DNA of 64,000 nt from an uncultured delta proteobacterium. GTDB lineage: Bacteria > Desulfobacterota > Binatia > UBA9968. Below are positions 10,026 to 19,131 of the stretch, piece by piece. The first letter of the stretch is position 1. The number at the start of each line of letters is the position of its first letter. A model generated the notes under the pieces. It was not told the origin of the DNA and did no database searches. It saw nothing but the letters and a program-made list of their open reading frames with translations. The position numbers were made by a program, and so were the translations under genes. The stretch covers positions 64,001 to 128,000 of the forward strand of contig CAVUVW010000027.1 of assembly GCA_963745035.1 (NCBI GenBank), read 5' to 3'.

Positions 10026-11328
10026 TCACAAGCCGGTGCCGGCGCGCGGTTTTTTCGGCGGTCGAAGGAACAGACTTAAGACGGCCGAGGCGAACAGCAT
10101 GCCGATAAAGATGCTGAACGAAAGCTGGTAGCTTTGGGTGGCGTCGAAAAGCAGGCCGAAAAAGGGCGGGCCACAGGCGGAGAACGTGCTGGTGATCAGC
10201 GAGCCCATGCCGCGGATTTTGCCGAGGGAGATGCGGCCGAAATAGTTGGCCCAGATCATTTCCGCGAGGATCGCGGTGCCGCCCATGCCGATGCCGTACA
10301 GAAAAGAAGCCGGCGTAAAGCGAAGCGAGCCCGGGGTTCGCCAGCGCGAGCAAGATGCCCGCCGCCTGGACAAGAAATTTCGCCATGATGAGCCGGGCGA
10401 TGTTGCCGCGCTCGGCGAGCAGACCCCAGACCATCGGCGTGCTGAACTGCATGACGGCGATGATGCTCATCACCAGCGCCGCGACCATCGCGGCGTGGCC
10501 CTGATCGCTCACGAAAGAAAAAACATGAAGATTGAGTCCGGTCACGCCGACGTGGGACACGCCGAAGGTGATGACGATGAGCCAGAAGGCCGAAGTGCCG
10601 AGCGCCTCGCGCCGGCTCCAGTCGACGTCGCTCACGCGGCGCGCTGGCGCTTTGGGTTCGCCGGTGTTGCTCGCATACGTCGCCTCGACCGCGCCGCCGT
10701 CCGGCAGAAGTCCCATGTCCTCGGGGCGGCGGCGCATGAAGAGCAGAGAAGGGCCGACGACCAGGGCGAGTGTCACAATGCCGAAGACGAACCATGCGCC
10801 GCGCCATCCGGCATAGAGAATCAGCGAGGCGGCCGCCACGGGCATGCAAACCTTTGCCAAACCGTGGCCCATGCCGGCGAGAGCGAGCGCGCGCCCGCGC
10901 ATGCGCACGAACCATTGTGAGATGGAAACGTTCACGACCATGGAGCCCATAAGCATGTCGCCGGGACTCACCAACAGCCAGCGAACAATCGCGAATTGCC
11001 AAAAATCGCGAACCTGACCGAGCAGGAGAAAACCGACGCCGGAGATCAAACCGCCGGCAGCCATGAGCCACTTGCCGCCGTGGCGGTCAAGCAAAGTGCC
11101 GATCACCGGAGCGGTAGCCGCGCCGATGAGAATTTCGCCGGAGCGAATCAAGGAGAAGGTGCCGCGGGAGAGACCCAGATCTTGCGAAAGCGGCTTGAGG
11201 AAGACGGCGAGAGTGCTCGAGATCGAAAAGGCCGAGGCGATGTGGGCGAGAAAACCGACGGCGACGATCACCCAGCCGTAAAAAAATCTTGCCTCGTTGG
11301 TTGTCTGCGCGCGGTTGGAGACTGGCAC
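10026..11328 (-). CDS. MFS transporter (frameshift near 10300)
   Basis: FFYGWVIV, GTLLDRHG and WFVRMRGRALA motifs; C-terminus ANYFGRISLGKIRG...GPPFFGLLFDATQSY lies in a second frame. Confidence 0.85.
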
Positions 11329-11451
11329 GCCGTGTTTGTATCAGGGATCGCGCAGCGAATTCACAGGTCGGCGCCGCGGATGTGATACGAAATAAAGATG
11401 GGACCGCGAAGCACGCTGGTCGATTGCCCGAGAAGATGCTTCTAATCGCTA

Positions 11452-11814
11452 CTAAGTGCCGGAGAGACTCTGCACTACGGTTTTCAGCTCCTGAATATCG
11501 ATCGGCTTGGTCAAATAGGTTGAGGCGCCGATTTTCAGGCATTCATTGCGGGTATCGATGGTCGGGTAGGCCGTGATCATGACGACGTTGGTTGACGGCG
11601 AGCGCTTCTTGATTTCGGACAGCAGGACTACACCATCGACCGGGAACATTTTGATGTCGAGAATGGCGAGATCGAAGTTTTCTTTATCGACCAAGTCCAG
11701 GGCTTGATACGCGTTGTTCGCGGTTCGGACGGAATATCCTTCCTTGGAAAGGATGCGCTCGAGCAGAACCAAAAGGTTTTCCTCGTCATCGACAACCAGG
11801 ACCGATCTATCCAT
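11452..11814 (-). CDS. Single-domain response regulator receiver
   Basis: VLVVDDE, ILDIKM (phospho-acceptor Asp), MITAY and LTKP motifs. Confidence 0.9.
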   Translation of the reverse strand: MDRSVLVVDDEENLLVLLERILSKEGYSVRTANNAYQALDLVDKENFDLAILDIKMFPVDGVVLLSEIKKRSPSTNVVMITAYPTIDTRNECLKIGASTYLTKPIDIQELKTVVQSLSGT

Positions 11815-11904
11815 CACAGTTATTCTCTTGCGTCCCACACGCCTTTTGCTCGTTTACTCGTGCCAAAAATCAACGAGTCTGTCAATTTTAAAATGCCCGG
11901 CTGC

Positions 11905-12123
11905 CTATTTTCTATAACCCACCACCACCATGCCGGCGCCGACGAGCAGCGCCAAGCCGCCGAGGACCGGCGGCAGCGGGATGGATTTCTCTCGTTCTGC
12001 GGTCGCCTTGAGCGGCCCGATCTCGGCGATTTTTTCCTCGCTCGTATAGGTAATGCGCTGATAAGAGAGCGCGACAATCCCCAGAAGAATCAAAAGGATG
12101 CCGACGATAACCAGTGGTTTCAT
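11905..12123 (-). CDS. Small two-TM membrane protein (DUF3185-like)
   Basis: IVGILLILLG...IGPLKATAE.EKSIPLPPVLGGLAL. Confidence 0.7.
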   Translation of the reverse strand: MKPLVIVGILLILLGIVALSYQRITYTSEEKIAEIGPLKATAEREKSIPLPPVLGGLALLVGAGMVVVGYRK

Positions 12124-12165
12124 AGGGTTCCTCGCGACGCTAAAACGGTGCGATACTTGCGCGCT

Positions 12166-12411
12166 CTACTCCCTAAACTCGGCGGCGGCATCGGCTCGGC
12201 GAAAGCGATTTCGAAACTTCGTGAGCCAATGACCCGCTTCCGCCCGCAGTTTATCGGCTTCCTCGTTCAGGTAACCTAGGCCACTGCCCGCGCCGCGGCG
12301 TAGCTCCTCGCGCATCTCATGGCCGCGGCGGGGCGCCCAAAGGAGCCCCGCCAGCAAGCCTAAACCAAGGCCGATCACAAGGTAGGTAACGCTTTCATGG
12401 TTCGTTTTCAT
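12166..12411 (-). CDS. YtxH-like protein
   Basis: GLGLGLLAGLLWAPRRGHEMREEL signature; GGAGG Shine-Dalgarno. Confidence 0.75.
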   Translation of the reverse strand: MKTNHESVTYLVIGLGLGLLAGLLWAPRRGHEMREELRRGAGSGLGYLNEEADKLRAEAGHWLTKFRNRFRRADAAAEFRE

Positions 12412-12437
12412 CCAATCCTCCCTTGCGCCGGTGCACG

Positions 12438-12761
12438 TCAGTTGCGCCGCTGAACCTGCAAGTTGTTCTGGACGCGACGCACGCCGTCTACCTGCCTCGC
12501 GAGCTCTTCCGCCCGCCGTTTTTGCTCGGCAGATTCGACCACGCCATTAAGCGCCACGACCCGGTTCGTGGTGTCGACATCGACCCGCGTCAGATTCGCC
12601 GCCCGCTCGCCGACCAGCTTCGTTTTCACCGAAGCGCTGATCGTTGTGTCGTCAACATTCTGTCCCGCGCTTTGTCCCGTCAGCGACGTGCAGCCATTGA
12701 CGGACAAGATCAGGCTCAACGCGACACCCAGCAAAATCGGCTTCAGAGTTGAAAATTTCAT
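12438..12761 (-). CDS. BON-domain (OsmY-like) lipoprotein
   Basis: Lipobox VNGC; VDDTTISASVKTKL...VDGVRRVQNNL; GGAG before the ATG at 12761. Confidence 0.85.
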   Translation of the reverse strand: MKFSTLKPILLGVALSLILSVNGCTSLTGQSAGQNVDDTTISASVKTKLVGERAANLTRVDVDTTNRVVALNGVVESAEQKRRAEELARQVDGVRRVQNNLQVQRRN

Positions 12762-12794
12762 AGGGTCTCCTTGCATCCGTCCTATTCCTATTCT

Positions 12795-13019
12795 CTAGTA
12801 AACGATCGAGCCGCGCTCGATCTGACGCTTGCGTTCCTCATACTCGCGGCGAGAAATCCGCTCGCGCCTGTAATCGTCTTCGAGCTTATCCATTTGCCGG
12901 TAAGCGTTGATCTCATAGCCGGCGCCGGTGGCGAGACCGCCGACCGCCGCGCCACCCAGAAACTCACAGCCCCACTGAGTGGTGCCTGCCAGTAACAATA
13001 GCGCAAGAATCTTGTTCAT
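12795..13019 (-). CDS. Small lipoprotein with a glycine-zipper-like segment
   Basis: MNKILALLLLAG...WGC; GGAAVGGLATGAG; AAGGAG Shine-Dalgarno. Confidence 0.65.
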   Translation of the reverse strand: MNKILALLLLAGTTQWGCEFLGGAAVGGLATGAGYEINAYRQMDKLEDDYRRERISRREYEERKRQIERGSIVY

Positions 13020-13105
13020 GACCTATGCTCCTTTCTAAATTCTAAATGTGACGAATCAATTTTTTGACCCGTCGTTGGGCTTGCAGCGCCGAGCTGCGCG
13101 CCCCG

Positions 13106-13258
13106 TCAAATTCGTCCCATTAACAACAGCACAATAATCACGACGAGCACTAAACCGAGTCCGCCGCTCGGGTAATATCCCCAACCGGAACTGTATGGCC
13201 AGGACGGCAGTGCGCCGATCAACAGGAGTATCAGCACGATGAGTAGTATTGTTCCCAT
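13106..13258 (-). CDS. DUF3309 family small membrane protein (50 aa; not in the ORF track)
   Basis: Manual translation MGTILLIVLILLLIGALPSWPYSSGWGYYPSGGLGLVLVVIIVLLLMGRI; GAGGAG Shine-Dalgarno. Confidence 0.9.
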   Translation of the reverse strand: MGTILLIVLILLLIGALPSWPYSSGWGYYPSGGLGLVLVVIIVLLLMGRI

Positions 13259-13330
13259 ATAGGCTCCTCGGAATTATAGGCTCCTCTTACTGCTTGCATG
13301 TGCGACGCGATGCGTTCGAAGTGGGAGAGT

Positions 13331-13345
13331 TCAAAGCATGTGCCA
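13331..13345 (-). promoter_or_regulatory. Probable sigma-54 promoter of the DUF3309-lipoprotein-BON-YtxH unit
   Basis: TGGCACATGCTTTGA; perfect -24 element, -12 element TTGA instead of TTGC. Confidence 0.45.
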
Positions 13346-13680
13346 AGGGACAACCAAGCTAAGAACGCTGTGCTTTTCATAGTTTAGGCGAGACTAGAGC
13401 AATCGAATGAGAGTTTTGTCTGACTTTGGCGGTGCCTCTAGGAGGAAAAAGACCGACGGCCGCCAACGTCTCTACCCTGCAACCAACGTCATTTCTCTAT
13501 GGGAGCAAAGTGCGCCGCGGCAAAGGCGCGATTTTTTTTCGCTCACACGGACGGCCGCCGTCGCAGCCTAACTCCTGACATTTTGTAGAAAAAGCTCCGC
13601 ATTTCCGCCGCAGCCCTAAACCGTGCGATGGAGCGCGGAGAAGAGTTTTCTTCAAAGAGGAAGCTTGCGCGCCGACATCG

Positions 13681-13695
13681 TGGCATAAGCGTTGC
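13681..13695 (+). promoter_or_regulatory. Sigma-54 -24/-12 promoter
   Basis: TGGCATAAGCGTTGC, about 50 bp upstream of the ORF at 13747. Confidence 0.7.
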
Positions 13696-13746
13696 TGTAT
13701 AACGCGGCAAGCGTGACGGAGTTTTTAAAAAGGGAGGCTGCGAAGT

Positions 13747-13932
13747 ATGCGCACCAAGAGATCTGTTAATACGACGCTGGGAGAATTGATCGCGGCGGTA
13801 ACCGACGAAGTGATGCCGCTGGCCGGGAGCCAAGCCAATACCGACGCTCTGGTCTCATATATTGTAAATGATCTGCTCGTCGCCAAGCGCGTGCGGCTAC
13901 GCAGGCGTTCGGCCTTGCGAGCAAGGATGTAA
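13747..13932 (+). CDS. Small hypothetical protein (61 aa)
   Basis: GGGAGG Shine-Dalgarno; lies downstream of a sigma-54 motif; TTLGELIAAVTDE helix. Confidence 0.6.
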   Translation: MRTKRSVNTTLGELIAAVTDEVMPLAGSQANTDALVSYIVNDLLVAKRVRLRRRSALRARM

Positions 13933-13974
13933 TAAAAAGGATGTAATAAAAAGGATGTAATAAAAAGGATGTAA
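13923..13974 (+). repeat. 14-bp tandem repeat (AAGGATGTAATAAA), about 3.7 copies
   Basis: Read directly; perfect copies. Confidence 0.95.
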
Positions 13975-13999
13975 ATGGAGCGGCGAGCAAGCCTGCGTT

Positions 14000-14590
14000 A
14001 TGAAAGACTGGGCAAACATCGCGGCGCGCTGCACATTCCAGCTTCGAGCAGGCGCGCGACGCCTTGAAAACGACCCCGGCGGGTCGCCGACATGTGTGCG
14101 CTCACAAGACCTAGCAACTTTGAACTTCAGGCTCTGGTTGCTACTGGCCATCGCTTTGACGCTAGCTCAGGGCTGTTCGGCGCTCTCTCCCAATCTTATT
14201 CAACGCGATGAAATGGTTACGCGTCGCTCGGCGCCGGCTGCCGGAAAACCATCGGCGCCGACGCTCGGCCCGGTTAACGTGGGCCACGCGTCGTGGTACG
14301 GACCCGGTTTCATCGGCAAGAAAACCGCGAGCGGGGCTATCTTCGATGACAGCAAGCTCACCGCAGCGCACAAGACCTTGCCGCTCGGCAGCAAAGCGAA
14401 AGTCACCAATCTGAGCAATGGTCGGAGTGTGAAAGTCGAAATCAACGATCGCGGCCCGTATGCCGGCAATCGAATCATTGATCTATCCAAGGCCGCAGCG
14501 CATGCGCTCGGCATGATTGAGAACGGCGTTGTTCGGGTGCGCGTCGATGCGCTCGATGCGAGCGGCGCAGAGCCGGACGGCTCGAGCTAA
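14000..14590 (+). CDS. rlpA: RlpA-family lytic transglycosylase lipoprotein (true start probably near 14119)
   Basis: Lipobox LAQGC; GHASWYG, TAAHKTLPLG and INDRGP...RIIDLS motifs. Confidence 0.85.
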   Translation: MKDWANIAARCTFQLRAGARRLENDPGGSPTCVRSQDLATLNFRLWLLLAIALTLAQGCSALSPNLIQRDEMVTRRSAPAAGKPSAPTLGPVNVGHASWYGPGFIGKKTASGAIFDDSKLTAAHKTLPLGSKAKVTNLSNGRSVKVEINDRGPYAGNRIIDLSKAAAHALGMIENGVVRVRVDALDASGAEPDGSS

Positions 14591-14647
14591 GCCTCCGCAT
14601 GCGCCGGGTCGCTAAATCGCGGTGACGGTGACGAGGGATGTGAAAAA

Positions 14648-14785
14648 ATGCAGGTCTATGTCGCGTTGCAGCCCGTGGTTGCTTTGATCGCCGGAATTTT
14701 GATTCTGCTAATACCGCGCTTATTGAACTACATCGTGGCGCTCTATTTGATTATCACGGGAATATTGGGACTTGTTCGAATGTGA
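14648..14785 (+). CDS. DUF3096 family small membrane protein (45 aa; not in the ORF track)
   Basis: Manual translation [45 protein letters not shown]. Confidence 0.85.
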   Translation: MQVYVALQPVVALIAGILILLIPRLLNYIVALYLIITGILGLVRM

Positions 14786-14834
14786 CATAACAGAACGGGC
14801 ATGCGTGCGCGCCCGTGGAAAGGAGGACGGACCA

Positions 14835-14999
14835 ATGTTGAACTGGGCTATAACTTTTCTGGTGATCGCGCTGATCGCCGGTCTGCTCGGCTTGAGCGGA
14901 ATCGCCGGCGCAGCCACGCAGATCGCCTGGATCCTTTTCGTGGTCTTCTTGATTTTGTTTATCGTGGGTCTGGTGATGGGTCGAAGACCACCGGTTTAA
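14835..14999 (+). CDS. DUF1328 (YtjA-like) small membrane protein
   Basis: [35 protein letters not shown]; AGGAGG Shine-Dalgarno. Confidence 0.9.
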   Translation: MLNWAITFLVIALIAGLLGLSGIAGAATQIAWILFVVFLILFIVGLVMGRRPPV

Positions 15000-15043
15000 C
15001 GTGGGAACAACACAGTCATCTCTTTGATGTCTCGATAACGACA

Positions 15044-15153
15044 CAGGGAACCAGCCTCGTTGACTTGCCTGCCCCGGGTCTCGGTTGCTCGCTTCACGTC
15101 GAGCAACCGGGACCTCCCGCCACAGGTTTGGCTTCGAGCTTTTTAGTTCCCTG
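15044..15153. other. Candidate structured RNA or rod-like inverted repeat
   Basis: Nested pairings CAGGGAAC/GTTCCCTG, CTCG/CGAG, CCTG/CAGG and the 15-bp GGTCTCGGTTGCTCG/CGAGCAACCGGGACC. Confidence 0.4.
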
Positions 15154-15270
15154 ACGACGAAATAGTTAAATCTCTTGTGTCTCTTGTGTGACGGCGCACG
15201 CGACAATCGCTTGCGCGCAGCGGGCAGGACAATGTGCAAGCAGATATCGCCACGTCAGTGCGGCGTTGGC

Positions 15271-15299
15271 TTGCTACTTACTCACTTTGGCTTTAGTAT
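15271..15299 (+). promoter_or_regulatory. Sigma-70-type promoter of the ferritin-encapsulin operon
   Basis: TTGCTA-N17-TAGTAT, 30 bp before the ATG at 15330. Confidence 0.5.
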
Positions 15300-15329
15300 A
15301 GTAGAAATCGAAAAAATAGAGAGGGAAAC

Positions 15330-15716
15330 ATGCCAGCGTCAACTACATTACATGAGCCGTCCGACGCATTATCGGCGCGGACCATCGACATGCATCGCGC
15401 CGTGGTTTCGCTGATCGAAGAGCTGGAAGCGGTGGATTGGTACAATCAGCGCGCGGAAGCGGCCCAGGACCCGCAGCTGCAGGCGATTCTCAAGCATAAC
15501 CGGGACGAAGAAATCGAGCATGCTACGATGACGCTCGAATGGATCCGGCGCCACATGGCGAAATTCGACGAGACGCTGAAGCTCTATCTGTTTACCACTG
15601 GAGACATCACCGCCATCGAGGAGAAGATCGAGGGGAAGACGGAAGGCGGTCAAGGGACAGCCGAACGGAAGACCAAGCCGCTGCGCCGCACCGTCGGGGA
15701 GATGAAGGGAAGCTAG
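15330..15716 (+). CDS. Encapsulated ferritin-like protein (EncFtn/Flp cargo)
   Basis: HRAVVSLIEELEAVDWYNQR...HNRDEEIEHA..LEWIRR ferroxidase signature; C-terminal linker plus TVGEMK targeting-like peptide. Confidence 0.92.
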   Translation: MPASTTLHEPSDALSARTIDMHRAVVSLIEELEAVDWYNQRAEAAQDPQLQAILKHNRDEEIEHATMTLEWIRRHMAKFDETLKLYLFTTGDITAIEEKIEGKTEGGQGTAERKTKPLRRTVGEMKGS

Positions 15717-15719
15717 GCA

Positions 15720-16544
15720 ATGAGCGAAGAAAAAAATTCAGAAGTCATCACCGCCGAGCTGATGCAGCAAATCGAAAATGCCGCGGTCTCGGCCGCGCGT
15801 GACGTGCTCAGCGGCCGGCGCATTATCGACGTCGAAGGGCCTTACGGCGTGGGCTTGACCACAGTGGAAGTCGGCAACGACGACAAATGCCGCGAGCCGG
15901 GACCGCTGGAAGCGAGCGCGGTCGTGAGCCATGCGCGGTCGGTGCCGATGATCTACCGCCGGTTTGCGATTTCCAAGCGGCGCATCGCCGCGTTCCGAGA
16001 AATGGGACAGCCGCTCAATCTGAAAGTCGCCGAAGACGCAGCGCAAGCGGTCGCCGCTCGTGAGGAAGAATTCATCTATTTCGGCCAGCCCGATTTTAAC
16101 CTTAGTGGCCTGCTCACGGCGCCGGGGCGGCAGACGGTCAAGGCCGGCAACTGGGATAATGTCGATGAAGTGTTGGCCGACGTGATCAATGCCGTCAATG
16201 TTCTGGACAGCAAGGGTTATCGCGGCCCGTACGCACTGGCTTTAGCGCCGGAGCTTTACAACAATCTTTTTCGGCGTTATCCGGGATCGGATTTACTGCA
16301 AATCGAGCATCTCAAGCGCTTGTGCACCCGCGGCATCGTGAAAGCGGCGATCGAAGGTTGCGTGCTGGTGGCGCGCGACGTGGGCTCGATCGTGCTAGGG
16401 CAAGACTTGCAGATTTCCTATCTCGCCACCGACGCGGCACACGAACACTTTGCCATCAGCGAGTCGCTGCTGCTGAAGATCGAAGCGCCGGACGCGATCT
16501 GCACGATTCCGGGAGAACGCAGCCAAGCGATCAAGCCAGCCTGA
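15720..16544 (+). CDS. Family 1 encapsulin shell protein (Linocin M18)
   Basis: LSGRRIIDVEGPYG, AVAAREEEFIYFG, GPYALAL and LGQDL motifs; directly follows the EncFtn gene. Confidence 0.92.
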   Translation: MSEEKNSEVITAELMQQIENAAVSAARDVLSGRRIIDVEGPYGVGLTTVEVGNDDKCREPGPLEASAVVSHARSVPMIYRRFAISKRRIAAFREMGQPLNLKVAEDAAQAVAAREEEFIYFGQPDFNLSGLLTAPGRQTVKAGNWDNVDEVLADVINAVNVLDSKGYRGPYALALAPELYNNLFRRYPGSDLLQIEHLKRLCTRGIVKAAIEGCVLVARDVGSIVLGQDLQISYLATDAAHEHFAISESLLLKIEAPDAICTIPGERSQAIKPA

Positions 16545-16788
16545 GATCACGGAAGAAGCTTGAACCGCAGCGCCGCGCTCCCGCAGCGCTGCGACGAGAT
16601 TTTCATCATCGAAGGCCACTCACTGCGAGTTTCTCGAGTATCCTTTCTCGTCGCCGGCGTCTTTTGTCAGATAAATTCTTCCAACCTCTCAGCGGATGCA
16701 AGGAGAAGTGCTCCGCGATGCTATTTCCATCGCACGCTACCGCGCGATAAACCGGCGAAAAGACGGTCTTCGTTTGCGTTTACTGGCG

Positions 16789-16803
16789 TGGCACTGGATG
16801 TGC
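16789..16803 (+). promoter_or_regulatory. Sigma-54 promoter of the PRC-barrel gene
   Basis: TGGCACTGGATGTGC, GG-N10-GC. Confidence 0.6.
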
Positions 16804-16879
16804 TCTTACGCGCCAACAGGGACATGACGATTCGCGCGATCGCGGATCGTCATGGACGACGAAGGGGAAGGAGCGGTCC

Positions 16880-17626
16880 ATGCTACGAAGGATGAAGGAT
16901 CTCAAAGGCTTTGCAATCGGCGCGAAAGACGGCGACGTCGGCGCAGCGAGCGATTTTATTTTCGACGACAAGAACTGGACGGTGCGCTATCTCGTCGTCG
17001 ATACCAATCCTTGGCTGCCCGGCGGCAAGGTGCTGATTTCGCCGATCATCACCGGTCAGGCGGAATGGGAGCAAAAGCGCCTGCCCGTGCTTCTGACGCG
17101 CGAACAGGTGAAGAATAGTCCGGACATTCGCATGGACGAAGAGCTCTCGGCGCAAGACGAAGTCAAATATTACGACCATTACGGTTGGCCCTATTACTGG
17201 GTGGGCGCCGGCATGTGGGGGCCCGTGACCGTACCCCAGGATCTGCTCGACAAAGAAGTCGAGCGCACAATCGAGCTCACGCAGCAGGCCAATGAATCCC
17301 ATTTGCGCAGCATGAAGGACGTGAACGGTTACACGATCCAGGCGACCGATGGCGATATCGGCCGCGTCAACGACTTCATCATCGACGACGAGCCTTGGGT
17401 GATTCGCTACGTCGTCGTCGATACCGGCAACTGGTGGCCCGGCAAGAAGGTGCTGATCGCGCCGGCGTGGATTTCCCGCGTCGACTGGAAAAATTCAAAT
17501 CTCTACGTCAATCTGCCGCGCCACGCGATCAAAGACGCGCCGGACTTCGACCCCGATAAAATCGACCGCGAGTACGAGGCCCGGCTGCACCAACACTATG
17601 GCCAGGAAAATTACTGGTGGTGCTAG
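16880..17626 (+). CDS. Tandem PRC-barrel domain protein
   Basis: Two repeats of G.I.A.DGD.G...DFI.DD..W.(V/I)RY.VVDT..W.PG.KVLI. Confidence 0.9.
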   Translation: MLRRMKDLKGFAIGAKDGDVGAASDFIFDDKNWTVRYLVVDTNPWLPGGKVLISPIITGQAEWEQKRLPVLLTREQVKNSPDIRMDEELSAQDEVKYYDHYGWPYYWVGAGMWGPVTVPQDLLDKEVERTIELTQQANESHLRSMKDVNGYTIQATDGDIGRVNDFIIDDEPWVIRYVVVDTGNWWPGKKVLIAPAWISRVDWKNSNLYVNLPRHAIKDAPDFDPDKIDREYEARLHQHYGQENYWWC

Positions 17627-17813
17627 TGTGTCCGGCACAGCGGTCGAGGACAGAGGATAGAAGGTCGATCTCATTGTGCGATCAGATCGATCTTGTGAGA
17701 AAGGGCGCTCCGCGCTTTCTTCGCGCCGATTCAGGCGTGAAATCTTTTTGGCGCCGCCTGCCTTGACATAGTTTGTGACTGTCGGCTAGCTTATTCGGCA
17801 TGTTTAGCCAGGT

Positions 17814-18731
17814 TTGTTTATCCGCGTTTTGTGTGGACGATCGCCTGGAGGCAGGAGCGCGCGCTTGGTTTTGCCGCTGTTAGTTCGCGGCTTGAGCCGC
17901 GTGCCGTTGCGCTGGCTGCATGCCGCGGGATTTCTCGTCGGCTGGTGCGTCTATTGGTCTTCTTCAGGATACGCCAAACGCATGAAGGCGAATCTGACGA
18001 CCAGCGGAATCCCACGGGACCCGTCAAGTTATCGGCGCTTGCTGCGCGCGGCGGTCGCGCACAACGGCAAAGCGCTGATGGAGCTGCCGGTGGTATGGTT
18101 TCGGGACGATCAAGCGGCGGCGCGGCTGGTGGCGGAATGTCGGGGCTGGGAGCGGATCGACTCCCTGCGCCGCCAGGGTCGGAGCATTATTTTTCTCTCG
18201 CCGCACATGGGCTGCTTCGAAATCGCCGCGCGCTACGTCGCCGGCCATTTCCCGCTCACGGTCATGTACCGCCCGCCGCGGGCGGCATGGCTCGATGCTT
18301 TAATGGAGAGCGGCCGGACCAACAAGCAGCTCGAGCTGGCGCCCACCAATTTCAAAGGCGTGCGCATGCTTTCCAAGGCGCTTCGGCGCGGCGACTCCAT
18401 CGGCTTATTGCCCGATCATGCGCCCGGTCTTGGAGAGGGGGTGTGGGCGAATTTTTTCGGCAAGCCGGCGTTTACCATGACCCTGCCGCGCAAGCTCCAG
18501 CGCGCGAGCGGCGCCGCGTTCATGATCACGTTCGGCGAACGTCTGCCGGGAGGCCGGGGCTTTCGGCTGCATTTCGAGCCGCTGCCGGAGCGCGACTTCA
18601 ACGAAGAAAAATTGAACCTGGCGATCGAAAACCTGGTGCGCCGCTATCCCGAGCAATATTATTGGAACTATAAACGCTACAAGCGAGTGTCGCGGCGCCT
18701 GGGCGACGCCGCCCAGAGCCGGCGCGCTTGA
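17814..18731 (+). CDS. Lipid A/lysophospholipid acyltransferase (LpxL/HtrB family)
   Basis: PHMGCFE, LLPDH, FFGKPA and PEQYYWNYKRYK motifs; TTGACA at 17763 upstream. Confidence 0.85.
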   Translation: MFIRVLCGRSPGGRSARLVLPLLVRGLSRVPLRWLHAAGFLVGWCVYWSSSGYAKRMKANLTTSGIPRDPSSYRRLLRAAVAHNGKALMELPVVWFRDDQAAARLVAECRGWERIDSLRRQGRSIIFLSPHMGCFEIAARYVAGHFPLTVMYRPPRAAWLDALMESGRTNKQLELAPTNFKGVRMLSKALRRGDSIGLLPDHAPGLGEGVWANFFGKPAFTMTLPRKLQRASGAAFMITFGERLPGGRGFRLHFEPLPERDFNEEKLNLAIENLVRRYPEQYYWNYKRYKRVSRRLGDAAQSRRA

Positions 18732-18941
18732 GGTGGCGCCCGGATTCAGAAATTCCTCCCGCCAAGGCGCAAAGTCGCCAAGGGACGGCAAAGGCTGTCA
18801 TCCCGAACGACGAATGCGAGGGATCTAAGAAAGATTTCTCTCGTTCGTCAGACTGTGTGAAAACTCCGCTTATGGTCCGACGGCGCTCATCACGAGCGGA
18901 ATCACTTTTTTGCGATATTACTTACTTAACCGCTTGATCGC

Positions 18942-19034
18942 TTAAATTTCCTCGACGATGGCATCCAGGGTGGCGGCCATCGACTCGTGCATCGCTTCGG
19001 GCTCGGAGCCCTCGACGAAGTAGGGACGATAGCC
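18942..19034 (-). pseudogene. Internal fragment of a phosphoketolase gene
   Basis: Manual translation [30 protein letters not shown], resembling the XFP segment GYxPYFVEGxxPxxMHxxMAATLD. Confidence 0.65.
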
Positions 19035-19131
19035 GGGTGCGGAGCGGGCCGCACGGGACTCGATTTGCCGATTCACATACGATACTCTTTTCCTTCGATC
19101 GCACGACACTGGTTCAGGGAATAAACCTGAT

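Noticed and set aside
11851-11866. TGGCACG on the minus strand upstream of the response regulator as a sigma-54 promoter
   Set aside because: Good -24 element but no GC at the required -12 spacing
13923-13974. Tandem repeat as a CRISPR array
   Set aside because: 14-bp units with no spacers and no cas genes
15720-16544. HK97-fold shell as a prophage capsid
   Set aside because: No terminase, portal, tail or integrase genes; the adjacent ferritin cargo identifies it as an encapsulin
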